DNA of 64,000 nt from Candidatus Woesearchaeota archaeon (GCA_018221105.1 JAAOYA010000001.1:50812-114811); one strand, 5' to 3'; shown: positions 9,840 to 19,770, numbered from the stretch's first letter. Notes: generated by a model from the sequence alone, not told the origin. Numbers and translations are program-made.

Positions 9840-9914
9840 GCTTTGTTTTAAACTATTGAACTCTGTAAAGACCTATCAGGGTTTGAAAAGTCTTGTTTTT
9901 TGCTAAAACAAAGC
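9840..9914. repeat. 75-bp element bounded by a perfect 11-bp inverted repeat (MITE-like or hairpin)
   Basis: GCTTTGTTTTA (9840-9850) and TAAAACAAAGC (9904-9914), with a nested AAGAC...GTCTT pair. Confidence 0.45.
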
Positions 9915-9982
9915 TTTTTTTGTGTTGTTAAAGTTGTTTTTTCGAACATTTTAAAAACCATTTATGACTTTTATTTTTTGAG

Positions 9983-10201
9983 GTGATTATCATAAAAGAC
10001 AAACAATTAAGAACCTTAGTAAAATCGATTAGTTGGCGTGTGATTGCAAGTACTGCGACAGCGATAATAGTATTAATTTTGACTGGCAGTTTTAAGTTAA
10101 TGATAGGGGCTGGAATTATGGATGCTACGTCAAAGTTCATGATTTATTACTTGCATGAAAGAATTTGGAATCACGTCAAATGGGGCAAAATAACAACATA
10201 A
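9983..10201 (+). CDS. DUF2061-family small membrane protein
   Basis: RTLVKSISWRVIAS...IYYLHERIWNHVKWG signature. Confidence 0.85.
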   Translation: MIIIKDKQLRTLVKSISWRVIASTATAIIVLILTGSFKLMIGAGIMDATSKFMIYYLHERIWNHVKWGKITT

Positions 10202-10211
10202 AAAAATAAAA

Positions 10212-10613
10212 TTATTTTTTTACTGCTTTCATTTTCTTTGTCACGTCTATTGTTTTGTGACATTTGTCGCACTCAAAGCGTAGTGTTTCTACTCCTTTAA
10301 CTTTTTTTCTTTTGAAAGGAACTTGTTTTTCTGAGTCATTTTTGCAGTGCGGACAAACATAACTAATATTTGCTGTTAGGCCTTCTTCATATTCTTCTTT
10401 TTCTACAGTGTAATGGCATGCTGGGCACTCGTATTCTTTTGCGCGAATTTTTGCCTTGCCAGTTTTTTCATTAACTGGTTTTCCCATTTGTGCTTTGTGA
10501 CACTTTGGACACTCTTGTTTGAAAACCCACAACATTACATTGCCATCATTTTCAAGTTTTCTACGTGTAAAATATACTAAGTCTTCCATACTATCCGGTT
10601 GTTCTATTGCCAT
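10212..10613 (-). CDS. Multi-CxxC zinc-ribbon protein
   Basis: CPKC, CPAC, CPHC, CDKC; basic. Confidence 0.75.
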   Translation of the reverse strand: MAIEQPDSMEDLVYFTRRKLENDGNVMLWVFKQECPKCHKAQMGKPVNEKTGKAKIRAKEYECPACHYTVEKEEYEEGLTANISYVCPHCKNDSEKQVPFKRKKVKGVETLRFECDKCHKTIDVTKKMKAVKK

Positions 10614-11287
10614 TATGTTCTCACCTTTTGAATTTCTTCTGATAATTTTTCATATTCGTCATAGCCTCTAATATCGCCCCAATTATCTTTGAGCATTTGA
10701 TATATTGCTGATATTGCCCATTCACTGATAGCACCTCTTTGTGAAAGGTTTGCGTGTTGAAATCTGACTGTTTGAGCATCAAGAAAAGCTCTTAGTGTTG
10801 CATCAAATTCTTTTCTTGCCTCGTCAAGCTCTCCTACAAGATTTGCTGCTTGTCTGTAATATCTCGCGGCAGTGCCAAACATTTCGACAGTTTTTCTAAC
10901 GTCTGGGTTGCCAATTTCTTTTTTTATAGTTAATAACAATTCGTCAAACTCATAAATTATTATTGCTGCTTGAAATTCTTTTATTGCAGTGTTATAATCT
11001 ACCCCTTCTAATCTTATAACTCCAGAACTTTGCAGTCCTTTCAATAATTGCTCTCCTTTTACTAGTTCTTTTTTGCTTAAACTTCTTTCTTCATGATTTA
11101 ATATCTTGTATAAGTCTATAGCTTCCTGGGCGTGAACGTGAACTTTGTGAGCGATAATTTTAGGGTTAGACAAGTGAACGTAAGTGCCTCCTGCGCCAAC
11201 GAGCACGCTAATACTTATCAGTAATGTGCGAAATAAAGCTCCAAGTTTTCTAGGCGTTCTATACCTTCTTTTCATAAATATTGACAT
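10613..11287 (-). CDS. Hypothetical protein with N-terminal TM anchor
   Basis: Basic N-terminus, then hydrophobic TLLISISVLVGAGG, then a helical domain. Confidence 0.6.
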   Translation of the reverse strand: MSIFMKRRYRTPRKLGALFRTLLISISVLVGAGGTYVHLSNPKIIAHKVHVHAQEAIDLYKILNHEERSLSKKELVKGEQLLKGLQSSGVIRLEGVDYNTAIKEFQAAIIIYEFDELLLTIKKEIGNPDVRKTVEMFGTAARYYRQAANLVGELDEARKEFDATLRAFLDAQTVRFQHANLSQRGAISEWAISAIYQMLKDNWGDIRGYDEYEKLSEEIQKVRT

Positions 11288-11288
11288 T

Positions 11289-12107
11289 TTATTCTTCTCT
11301 TAATCTTTTGATTTCAATGCTTATTGCGTTGTCATTGACTCGAATGTAGCGCGGGCACATTGTGTATTCTAGTTTGTGCGTGTTGCAATAATTTATTATA
11401 TTGTTTTTTTCTTGTTCATTATTATATTTTACTATTACGTTAATACCGTTGGCTTCTGGTTTTAATACGTTAAAATCGTATGCTTTCAAGTCAGCGAGTG
11501 CTTCATTGCGTTTTTTTGACAAGAATGCTAGGCGTTGTGGCAGCATTGTCAAAGCATAATCAATCTTTTCTAGTAATTCTGGTGATGGATTAAAACTTGT
11601 TGAAGCTTTTAAATAATCAAAATATTTTTGGTCACTTGTGGCGATAAAACCTCCACTTCCTGCCTCTACAGGTTTTGCGTTGCCAAAACTTCCTATTATA
11701 ATATCGCCAATTTTTGCGTTGTTTGTTCCAATGCTTGCACTAGCATCATTTACCAATAATGTATTAGTTTCTTTGGCTGCTTTTTGTATTGCTGCCATGT
11801 CTTGCATTGCAAAATAACCAGTCATGCTATTGACGAGTAGCACGCTGTTTTCTCTAACTCCAGCCTCGAAAACATCAACATCGATTAGTCCATAGTCTGT
11901 TTTTAACATTATCACATTCAATCCAAGCTTGTGAGCGTATTGCGGGTAAGTCATCCAACCACCCATATCTTGCAAGTAAACATTTTCAATTCCTTTATGC
12001 TGTGCTAATTGAAAACTTGTGAGCACTGCTATATTGCCACGGCGAGTGAGCAGCACGTACTCTTTACCAGTCAAAGCACGAATCTTAGATAGTACAGCGT
12101 CTAACAT
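11289..12107 (-). CDS. PLP-dependent fold-type I protein (DegT/DnrJ-like, archaeal type)
   Basis: LVNDASASIG...DIIIGSFGNAKPV (Asp and Lys PLP motifs); likely start MLDAV at 12107. Confidence 0.75.
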   Translation of the reverse strand: MLDAVLSKIRALTGKEYVLLTRRGNIAVLTSFQLAQHKGIENVYLQDMGGWMTYPQYAHKLGLNVIMLKTDYGLIDVDVFEAGVRENSVLLVNSMTGYFAMQDMAAIQKAAKETNTLLVNDASASIGTNNAKIGDIIIGSFGNAKPVEAGSGGFIATSDQKYFDYLKASTSFNPSPELLEKIDYALTMLPQRLAFLSKKRNEALADLKAYDFNVLKPEANGINVIVKYNNEQEKNNIINYCNTHKLEYTMCPRYIRVNDNAISIEIKRLREE

Positions 12108-12181
12108 ATTATTATGTAGTGCTTGTTGGTTAATAATGTTTTTGGTAAGCTTAATATAATACTGCAATAGCTAATAATACT

Positions 12182-12664
12182 ATGTCGGAGCACTACTATG
12201 ATATTATCAGTGATTCATATCATGAATTGTACAAAGAAGAACAAGGACAAAAAATTGCTTTAGTGTTGTCAATGGTGAAACTTGAAGGCAGCATTTTAGA
12301 TGTTGGAGCAGGACCATGCTATCTATCAAGCTTTGTTGACAGCAAACACATCGTAGCATTAGATCCTTCAGAAAAACTATTAAAAATGGCCAAGAATTGT
12401 AAAACAGTAGTTGGCTACGCCGAGAGCATTCCTTTTGATGATGACACTTTTGACAATGTTGTCAGTTTTACTGCAATACAAAACTTCAAAGACGTAAAAA
12501 AAGGATTAGAGGAAATGAAACGAGTTGGAAAAAAACAATTCGTGTTCACTTTTGTAAAAGACAGTCCAAAACGTGAAAGAATAATATTTTACGTAAAAGA
12601 ACTATTCAAAGTAGACAGAATAATAGAAGACGACAAAGACGTGATAATAATAGCTAAGAAATAA
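12182..12664 (+). CDS. Class I SAM-dependent methyltransferase
   Basis: ILDVGAGP motif I; AESIPFDDDTFDNVVS. Confidence 0.9.
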   Translation: MSEHYYDIISDSYHELYKEEQGQKIALVLSMVKLEGSILDVGAGPCYLSSFVDSKHIVALDPSEKLLKMAKNCKTVVGYAESIPFDDDTFDNVVSFTAIQNFKDVKKGLEEMKRVGKKQFVFTFVKDSPKRERIIFYVKELFKVDRIIEDDKDVIIIAKK

Positions 12665-13679
12665 CTTCTAAGTATTGTAGTGTGTGATTGTAGACTTGTG
12701 GTGTTTGTCGTGGCAGCATCATTTGGTTGTGAAAGCTTCCTATGCCGAAAACACTGTTGCCTTTTACTACTGTGTTAGTGGCCCACTCTAGTTTTACTGA
12801 TGGCACAGTGATTATTTCGTCTGTGGTGTAGGGTTGGCCGTAGGTTTTACAACAACTGCCTGCGATAGTGTAGTACTCAACATTATTTGTTGGCGTTTGA
12901 TTGTTTAAAATTCTCAAAAACTTGCTTCTGGCGCGCATGTCAGAGCATTCTGGCCCTGGGTGTAAGCGGTCACAAAAACCATCTAGAAAAACTCCTTCAA
13001 AGCCATGATTTGGAGTTCCAATCATCACTAGTTTTCGCACTTTTGAGCCGTCACTTAAAAGTTCTACATAACCACGCGCTACTAGCCCGCCCATTGAATG
13101 TGCTACGATGTCTACTTGTTCTGCTCCTGTTTTGTACAACACTATATCTATTATTCTTTCTAATCGTTGTGAGTAATTAATAATGCGGTCTTGGTCACTA
13201 ACGCCAATTTGCTGGTCTAACAATTCATCGATTGACGTGACATAATAAGTTGTTTTTACGACAACACTTTTCTCGCCAGCCCAAACATTTTTCCTAAGAA
13301 GTGTTTGATTATCAAAAGGCAACAATAACCCTTTACCAACGTAATATTCATCTTCTATAAACTGTTGGTACATTGGATCAATAGTTTCAAGTGACAAGTA
13401 CAAACTGCCAAAACTCCTAGAGCTATGACCATGAAGGATTATTAGAGGCACTTGCGGTGTTTGATTAGTTCCTATAATATCTGCAAATGTGTCAAGTAGT
13501 TCTTCTTGATAGCTTGTAAGGCTTTCTATTAACTTGTTTTCCTTGTTTGTTAGAAAATAATAATCTTGCAAGTAATTAACACTAAAAAAAAGCCCTAACA
13601 CTATTATCACTAAAAAAAAGCTTAGTATTGCAAACAGAGCTATTCTTTTGCCCAGATGCTTTTCTAAACGCTTTTTCAT
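12654..13679 (-). CDS. Membrane-anchored alpha/beta hydrolase (PGAP1/lipase-like)
   Basis: N-terminal TM; LHG oxyanion motif; AHSMGG nucleophile elbow; GTPNHG; D and H downstream. Confidence 0.85.
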   Translation of the reverse strand: MKKRLEKHLGKRIALFAILSFFLVIIVLGLFFSVNYLQDYYFLTNKENKLIESLTSYQEELLDTFADIIGTNQTPQVPLIILHGHSSRSFGSLYLSLETIDPMYQQFIEDEYYVGKGLLLPFDNQTLLRKNVWAGEKSVVVKTTYYVTSIDELLDQQIGVSDQDRIINYSQRLERIIDIVLYKTGAEQVDIVAHSMGGLVARGYVELLSDGSKVRKLVMIGTPNHGFEGVFLDGFCDRLHPGPECSDMRARSKFLRILNNQTPTNNVEYYTIAGSCCKTYGQPYTTDEIITVPSVKLEWATNTVVKGNSVFGIGSFHNQMMLPRQTPQVYNHTLQYLEVIS

Positions 13680-13747
13680 AAAGTGTTAGGTGTTAATGTT
13701 TTATAAAAAACTATAAGTTTAAAAAACTACAATGTTATTAATTAATT

Positions 13748-14167
13748 ATGAAAACACTTTTTGATCAAACAAGCTCCAAGCAAGCCCACTTGTACTCAAA
13801 ACTATGTCTTGTGTTTTCATTTATCTTGCCGCCACTAGCAATATTTTTTGGCGTCAAAGCACTAAAAAAAATGGTACAAGAATATTTTGGAGGAAGAGCG
13901 ATTACTAATGCTGGACTGTTAATTAGCACAATGCCATACCCTATAATCAGCCTTACACTACTATATTATTTTGAAGTTATGAACTCGTGGTCACTACTGT
14001 TTTCTTTTGTTGTGCCAATGATAGTGACAATTTATGCAATAAAACAATTCAATAAATTGCTTTTGAGCGGTCAATGGTCCAGAGCATACGCAATATTTCT
14101 GACAACACTACTAGTTTTAGTAATGCCATTATCAATAGTCACGCTTATTGCTTTCGCACCATTTTAA
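13748..14167 (+). CDS. Small membrane protein (DUF4190-like N-terminus)
   Basis: SKLCLVFSFILPPLAIFFGVKALKKM...GRAITNAGLLIS pattern; 4 TM helices. Confidence 0.6.
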   Translation: MKTLFDQTSSKQAHLYSKLCLVFSFILPPLAIFFGVKALKKMVQEYFGGRAITNAGLLISTMPYPIISLTLLYYFEVMNSWSLLFSFVVPMIVTIYAIKQFNKLLLSGQWSRAYAIFLTTLLVLVMPLSIVTLIAFAPF

Positions 14168-14200
14168 CACTAAAAAATGCTCTTTTTTAACCAATAACTA

Positions 14201-14208
14201 TTTAAATA
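14201..14208 (+). promoter_or_regulatory. TATA box of the rpl7ae operon
   Basis: TTTAAATA about 23 nt upstream of the k-turn leader. Confidence 0.6.
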
Positions 14209-14230
14209 CCCCCAAATTTCCCACTACTTA

Positions 14231-14271
14231 CCCGTGATTAATGACGACCACAAAAAGTGGTTGGAATGAGG
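14231..14271 (+). ncRNA. Tandem double kink-turn in the rpl7ae 5' UTR (putative L7Ae autoregulatory element)
   Basis: CC[CGU]GA UU[AAU]GA CGACCAC-AAAAA-GUGGUUG GA AU GA GG gives two 3-nt bulges, each followed by tandem G.A/A.G pairs; includes a U.U 3b.3n pair. Confidence 0.75.
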
Positions 14272-14316
14272 AAAAAATTCTACTTTTTCCACATCACAAT
14301 ATGGAGGAATAATAAA

Positions 14317-14784
14317 ATGACAGACGCTGATAAAATATATGAAGCGATTGAAGTCGCGCGCTCAACAGGAAAAATAAAAAAAGGCACTAATGAAGTAACA
14401 AAAGCAATGGAGCGTGGAGTCGCAACACTAGTCGCATACGCTGGTGACGTAAACCCGCCAGAAATCACAATGCACTTACCATTAATCGCTAAAGAAAAAG
14501 ACATTCTATGCGTAGAAGTTCCAACAAAAGAAGAACTAGGCGCAGCAGCAGGACTAACAGTTGGCACTTCAGCAGTGGCAATCACTAAAGAAGGAGAAGC
14601 AAAAAAACTTATTGTAGAGCTAAAAAAAGGAGCTCCAAAACCAGAAGCAAAAGTTGAACCTGTAAAAGAAGAAACTCCTAAAGAAGAACCTGTAGAAGAA
14701 GAAAAAGCAGAAGAAGTTAAAGTTGAACCTGACGCAAAAGTTGAGCCAAAAGAAGAAGCTAAAACTAAAGAAGATAAAAAATGA
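14317..14784 (+). CDS. rpl7ae: 50S ribosomal protein L7Ae with Glu/Lys/Pro-rich C-terminal tail
   Basis: [17 protein letters not shown]...DVNPPEI...LGAAAGL; GGAGG SD before ATG 14317. Confidence 0.97.
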   Translation: MTDADKIYEAIEVARSTGKIKKGTNEVTKAMERGVATLVAYAGDVNPPEITMHLPLIAKEKDILCVEVPTKEELGAAAGLTVGTSAVAITKEGEAKKLIVELKKGAPKPEAKVEPVKEETPKEEPVEEEKAEEVKVEPDAKVEPKEEAKTKEDKK

Positions 14785-15080
14785 GCGAAGAACAACAAAA
14801 AACTGACAATAAAAAACCAGTTGCTAAAGAAGAACAAAAAACTAGTGGTGGAGTACAATTTTCTTACGCAGTACCAGCAACAGTCGAAGAGATTATTGGA
14901 CGAACTGGCGCTCGCGGCGAAGCAACACAAGTACGCTGCAAAGTACTCGACGGTCGTGATTCAGGAAAAATCCTGAGGCGCAATGTCAAAGGACCAGTAC
15001 GCTTAGGTGACACATTAATGCTTCGCGAAACAGAAATTGAAGCCAGACCATTAAACAGGGCCGGAAGAGGTAACTCTTAA
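14781..15080 (+). CDS. rps28e: 30S ribosomal protein S28e with N-terminal extension
   Basis: [24 protein letters not shown]...[20 protein letters not shown]. Confidence 0.96.
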   Translation: MSEEQQKTDNKKPVAKEEQKTSGGVQFSYAVPATVEEIIGRTGARGEATQVRCKVLDGRDSGKILRRNVKGPVRLGDTLMLRETEIEARPLNRAGRGNS

Positions 15081-15081
15081 A

Positions 15082-15276
15082 ATGGCAAAATGCGATTTTT
15101 GCGGCAAAATCATAACTGCTGGAACTGGAAAAAAATACATTAAAAAAGACGGCAAAATACTAGATTTCTGCTCGCTAAAATGCGAAAAAAACATGGTCAA
15201 ACTACGGCGCAAACCACGCGCGACACGCTGGAGTGAACACTACGAAAAACCAGAAGCAGGCCAGAAGAAAAAATGA
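15082..15276 (+). CDS. rpl24e: 50S ribosomal protein L24e
   Basis: CDFCG...GTGKKYIKKDG...FCSLKCEKN. Confidence 0.96.
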   Translation: MAKCDFCGKIITAGTGKKYIKKDGKILDFCSLKCEKNMVKLRRKPRATRWSEHYEKPEAGQKKK

Positions 15277-15761
15277 TTGAAAGAACTTTAGTAATCATAA
15301 AACCTGACGGGATACAAAGAAGTTTGATGGGAAAAATTATCACTCGCTTAGAAGATGCAGGACTGAAAATTATTGGCATGAAAATGCGATGGGTTGACGA
15401 AAAATTCGCTGAAAAACATTATTTTGATGTCAAAGAACGCTATGGGGATAGAATACTAAAAAGTTTGACAGGATATTTAGCAAAAGGTCCTGTGCTTGCA
15501 ATGGTTGTTGAAGGAGTACAAGCAGTTTCGATTATCAGAAAAATTGTTGGTGCAACATACCCTCACGAAGCAGCACCAGGAACAATCAGAGGAGACTTTT
15601 CGCACATATCAAAAGATCATGCCAACAAGCACGAAATACCTGTCAGCAATCTAATACATGCTTCAGCAAAACCAGAAGAAGCAAAATACGAAATCGAATT
15701 ATGGTTTACAAAAGAAGAAATGCACACTTACAAAACAGTACATGATGTGCATGTAATATGA
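15273..15761 (+). CDS. ndk: Nucleoside diphosphate kinase
   Basis: ERTLVIIKPDG...APGTIRGDF...NLIHAS. Confidence 0.97.
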   Translation: MIERTLVIIKPDGIQRSLMGKIITRLEDAGLKIIGMKMRWVDEKFAEKHYFDVKERYGDRILKSLTGYLAKGPVLAMVVEGVQAVSIIRKIVGATYPHEAAPGTIRGDFSHISKDHANKHEIPVSNLIHASAKPEEAKYEIELWFTKEEMHTYKTVHDVHVI

Positions 15762-16120
15762 TGAAAAACTTTCAAGAAGAGATTGGAAAGTTCAACCTTG
15801 AGAGGGGTTGGAACAAAGACTCTCGTTTCATTAAAGACTTCCTCTTAAACCTTTGCGAGGAAGCAACAGAAGCATGGACTGTAATCAAATGGATTGACGA
15901 AGAAAAACAAAAAGAAGTCATCAAAGAACACGTTGACAAATTCGAAGATTTTGTTGGTGACAGCCTATATTTGATATTCAAAATTGCTTGGTTACTGGAC
16001 ATTGACAGTGAACAAGCACTAAAAAACACATTAGAAGAATACGAAAAAAGATTTCCTGCAGACAAAATGAAAGAAGTAAAGCATGGTAACCCTCTTGCAG
16101 GGGGGATTGACAACAAATAA
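15758..16120 (+). CDS. MazG-like NTP pyrophosphohydrolase
   Basis: NLCEEATEAW...EDFVGDSLY (ExxE...ExxD-like helical motif). Confidence 0.75.
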   Translation: MMKNFQEEIGKFNLERGWNKDSRFIKDFLLNLCEEATEAWTVIKWIDEEKQKEVIKEHVDKFEDFVGDSLYLIFKIAWLLDIDSEQALKNTLEEYEKRFPADKMKEVKHGNPLAGGIDNK

Positions 16121-16135
16121 TCAAGGTGAAAATTT

Positions 16136-18313
16136 ATGACTGAAAAAATGGTTGACAGAGTATTTCGGCTTATGAAAGAGCCAACACAAATACGCAATAT
16201 TGGAATCGCTGCACACATTGATCACGGCAAAACAACATTCTCAGACAACCTGTTAGCTGGAGCTGGTATGATGTCAGAAGACCTAGCAGGAAAAGCCTGT
16301 GTTTTAGACTTTCACGCTGACGAGCAAGAACGTGGAATCACAATTGACAGTGCAAGTGTTAGCATGGTGCACGAATTTAAAGAAAAAGAATTCTTAATCA
16401 ACCTAATTGACACTCCAGGACACGTGGATTTTGGCGGTGACGTCACACGCGCAATGAGAGCAGTTGATGGAGCAATAGTGTTGAGTTGTGCATCTGAGGG
16501 TGTCATGCCACAAACAGAAACAGTTCTGCGCCAAGCACTGCGAGAGCGTGTAAAACCAATACTTTTTATCAATAAAGTGGATCGTTTAATCAAAGAATTA
16601 AAATTAACACCTGAAGCAATGCAAGAGCGATTCATAAAAATTATTGATCACGTCAACGAATTAATCAAGAGTATCGCAGAAAAAGAATACGGCAGCAAGT
16701 GGAGTATCAACGTAAACGAAGGTAGTGTTGCTTTTGGAAGCGCTTTTCACAATTGGGCTTTGAGTATACCATACATGAAAGAGAAAGGACTCACTTTCAA
16801 AGATGTCATAGAAGCATACGAAGCAGACGATGAAGATAAAGTCAAAGAACTGGCCAAGAAAGCACCACTGCACGAAGTAGTACTAAACATGGTTATTGAT
16901 CACCACCCAGACCCTGTAGTGGCACAAGAGTACAGAATACCAAAAATTTGGTACGGTGACATAAACTCTGATATTGGAAAATCATTAAAAACATGCGATT
17001 CTAAAGGCAAAATGGCTTTTATCGCAATCAAAATAGTAGTTGACAAGCACGCAGGAGAAGTCGCTATGGGACGATTATTTAGTGGCACTGTAAAACAAGG
17101 TGATGAAGTGTACATGAACGGATTAAAAAAAACTGTTAGAGTACAACAAGTGAACGTGTACAACGGTGCAAAGCGTGAAATGGTTGAAGGTGCTGTAGCT
17201 GGAAACATTGTAGGATTAGTGGGACTTCGAGGAGTTTACAGCGGAGAAACAGTTAGTTCTGAAGAAATGGATCCTTTTGAAGCAATCAAGCACATTTTCG
17301 ATCCTGTTATCACAAAAGCAGTAGAGGCAAAAAGACCAAGTGATTTGCCAAAACTAGTAGAAGTTTTAAAACAAGTATCAAAAGAAGATCCAACAATCAA
17401 AATAGAGATTAACGAAGAAACAGGAGAACACTTAATGAGTGGCATGGGAGAATTGCACTTAGAAGTCGTAGAAAATCGTATTAAAACAGAAAAAGGCGTA
17501 GACCTACACTCAAGTCCTCCAATAGTAGTGTACAGGGAAACTATCACTGCATCATCAACACGTGAAGGTGAAGGAAAAAGTCCGAACAAACACAACAGAC
17601 TATACTTCAAAGTCGAACAATTAGAGCCAGAAATAGCCAAGGCAATAAAAGACGGTAACTTACCAGAAATGCGATTGAGAAAAAAAGACACAGAAGTTAT
17701 GAAAATGATAAAAGAGTTAGGTTATGACTCGAAAGAATCACGTGACGTCAAAGAAATCTATAATGGAAACTTACTGCTTGATCGCTCGCGCGGAATAGTG
17801 CACATTGGCGAGATAATGGAAATGGTACAGGACATGTTCGAAGACGTCATGAGAAGCGGGCCAATAGCCAACGAGCCATGTTTTGGGGTGAAAGTTAGTC
17901 TAATGGACGCAAAATTGCACGAAGACGCAATACATCGTGGACCAGCACAACTTTATCCAGCAGTACGTGAAGGTATCCGTGAAGCAATAAGCATGGCAAA
18001 ACCATTAATTTACGAGCCAATACAAACACTAATGTTTGAAGCACCAGTAGAGTACATGGGAGAAATATCAAAACTAGTCCAAAACAAAAGAGGACAATTA
18101 TTAGACATGCAACAAGAAAGATCAATGGTGACAGTTAAAGCAAAATTACCAGTAGGAGAAATGTTCGGTCTTTCAAGCGAGCTTCGAAGTGCCACAGGAG
18201 GACGCGGAACAAGCTTTGTAGTAGACCAAGCATTCGAGCGATTACCTGATGAATTACAACACAAAATCGTCAGCCAAATACGTTCGCGTAAAGGACTAAA
18301 AACCGAAGAGTAA
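16136..18313 (+). CDS. fusA: Translation elongation factor EF-2
   Basis: AHIDHGKTT, ERGITI, DTPGHVDF, NKVD; diphthamide loop HEDAIHRGPAQ intact. Confidence 0.98.
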   Translation: MTEKMVDRVFRLMKEPTQIRNIGIAAHIDHGKTTFSDNLLAGAGMMSEDLAGKACVLDFHADEQERGITIDSASVSMVHEFKEKEFLINLIDTPGHVDFGGDVTRAMRAVDGAIVLSCASEGVMPQTETVLRQALRERVKPILFINKVDRLIKELKLTPEAMQERFIKIIDHVNELIKSIAEKEYGSKWSINVNEGSVAFGSAFHNWALSIPYMKEKGLTFKDVIEAYEADDEDKVKELAKKAPLHEVVLNMVIDHHPDPVVAQEYRIPKIWYGDINSDIGKSLKTCDSKGKMAFIAIKIVVDKHAGEVAMGRLFSGTVKQGDEVYMNGLKKTVRVQQVNVYNGAKREMVEGAVAGNIVGLVGLRGVYSGETVSSEEMDPFEAIKHIFDPVITKAVEAKRPSDLPKLVEVLKQVSKEDPTIKIEINEETGEHLMSGMGELHLEVVENRIKTEKGVDLHSSPPIVVYRETITASSTREGEGKSPNKHNRLYFKVEQLEPEIAKAIKDGNLPEMRLRKKDTEVMKMIKELGYDSKESRDVKEIYNGNLLLDRSRGIVHIGEIMEMVQDMFEDVMRSGPIANEPCFGVKVSLMDAKLHEDAIHRGPAQLYPAVREGIREAISMAKPLIYEPIQTLMFEAPVEYMGEISKLVQNKRGQLLDMQQERSMVTVKAKLPVGEMFGLSSELRSATGGRGTSFVVDQAFERLPDELQHKIVSQIRSRKGLKTEE

Positions 18314-18331
18314 AAAGAAAGGTTTTTAAAT
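18314..18331 (+). promoter_or_regulatory. BRE/TATA promoter of tuf
   Basis: GAAAGG-TTTTTAAATA upstream of tuf; GGAGGG SD before ATG 18392. Confidence 0.6.
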
Positions 18332-18391
18332 AGGCACTGTTTCCATTGACGACATCCAAATCAACAAAAACCTTTTTGGAGGGAAAATAAG

Positions 18392-19690
18392 ATGAGCAAA
18401 AATAAAGAACACATAAACCTTGTATTCATTGGACACGTAGACCACGGGAAAAGCACCACAGTAGGGCGCTTACTATTTGATACAGGTCACATCGATGAGC
18501 AAGCAATGAGAAAACTTAAAGAAAAAGCAGCTGAACTAGGAAAATCAGGCTTTGAATTCGCATACGTCATGGACAACCTAAAAGAAGAAAGAGAAAGAGG
18601 AGTAACCATTGACTTAGCACACAAAAAGTTCGAAACTGACAAGTTCTACTTTACAATAATTGACGCGCCAGGACACAAAGACTTCGTCAAAAACATGATT
18701 ACAGGCGCAAGCCAAGCAGACGCAGCAGTACTATGTGTTGCAGCAAACGACGGTGTTAACGCTCAAACAAAAGAGCACGTGTTTTTAGCAAAAACACTAG
18801 GCGTAAACCAGTTAGTAGTAGCAGTCAACAAAATGGATATTTCAGGAGTAGACTGGAGCCAAGATCGATTCAACAAAGTAAAAGAAGAAGTCTCAACACT
18901 AATCAAAAGTGTAGGCTACAAACCTGAAGAAGTAGCATTCGTACCAATGGCAAGCTTACTAGGCGACAACGTAGCTAAAAAAACAGAAAAGATGACATGG
19001 TACAGTGGACCAACACTACTTGACGCAATCAACAGCCTAAAAACACCAGAAAAACCAACAGAACTACCACTACGATTACCAATCCAAGATGTGTACAACA
19101 TCACAGGAATTGGAGTAGTGCCAGTAGGCAGAGTTGAAACTGGAGTAATGAAATTAGGCGATAAAATAGTTGTAGTACCAGGACGTGAAGGCAAAGGTGT
19201 AGAAGGAGAAGTAAAAACCATTGAAATGCACCACGAGCAAATGAAAGAAGCACGACCAGGAGACAACATAGGATTCAACGTTAGAGGCATTGGAAAAAAA
19301 GACATTGCACGCGGGGACGTACTAGGAACAACAAGCAATGTTCCAACAGTAGCAGAAGAGTTCACAGCACAAATAGTTGTTTTGAACCATCCAAGCGTTA
19401 TCACCGTAGGATACACACCGGTTTTCCACATCCACACAGCACAAGTTGCATGCCAGTTCATGGCAATTGAGAAAAAACTCAATCCTGCAACAGGTGAAGT
19501 ACTGCAAGAAAACCCGGACTTTATCAAAAACGGTGACAGTGCAATAGTAAAATTAAAGCCAGTGACACCACTAGCCATAGAAAAAATCAAGGAAATACCA
19601 CAAATGGCAAGGTTTGCTATCAGGGACAGCGGCGCAACAGTCGCAGCAGGAATGTGTACAGAACTGAAAGCAAAACCAATGGGCAAGTAA
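18392..19690 (+). CDS. tuf: Translation elongation factor EF-1alpha
   Basis: [30 protein letters not shown]. Confidence 0.98.
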   Translation: MSKNKEHINLVFIGHVDHGKSTTVGRLLFDTGHIDEQAMRKLKEKAAELGKSGFEFAYVMDNLKEERERGVTIDLAHKKFETDKFYFTIIDAPGHKDFVKNMITGASQADAAVLCVAANDGVNAQTKEHVFLAKTLGVNQLVVAVNKMDISGVDWSQDRFNKVKEEVSTLIKSVGYKPEEVAFVPMASLLGDNVAKKTEKMTWYSGPTLLDAINSLKTPEKPTELPLRLPIQDVYNITGIGVVPVGRVETGVMKLGDKIVVVPGREGKGVEGEVKTIEMHHEQMKEARPGDNIGFNVRGIGKKDIARGDVLGTTSNVPTVAEEFTAQIVVLNHPSVITVGYTPVFHIHTAQVACQFMAIEKKLNPATGEVLQENPDFIKNGDSAIVKLKPVTPLAIEKIKEIPQMARFAIRDSGATVAAGMCTELKAKPMGK

Positions 19691-19770
19691 GCCCAACCCT
19701 TATTTTTTTATAATGGCATGGTGAAACAACGGTTTTATCATGTGGCACGCCACAACGACCAGAGAAAAAA

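Noticed and set aside
14280-19686. Long antisense ORFs (e.g. 14280-14930, 17236-17691, 18916-19686)
   Set aside because: They are shadows of highly biased housekeeping genes on the opposite strand, with no motifs or SD.
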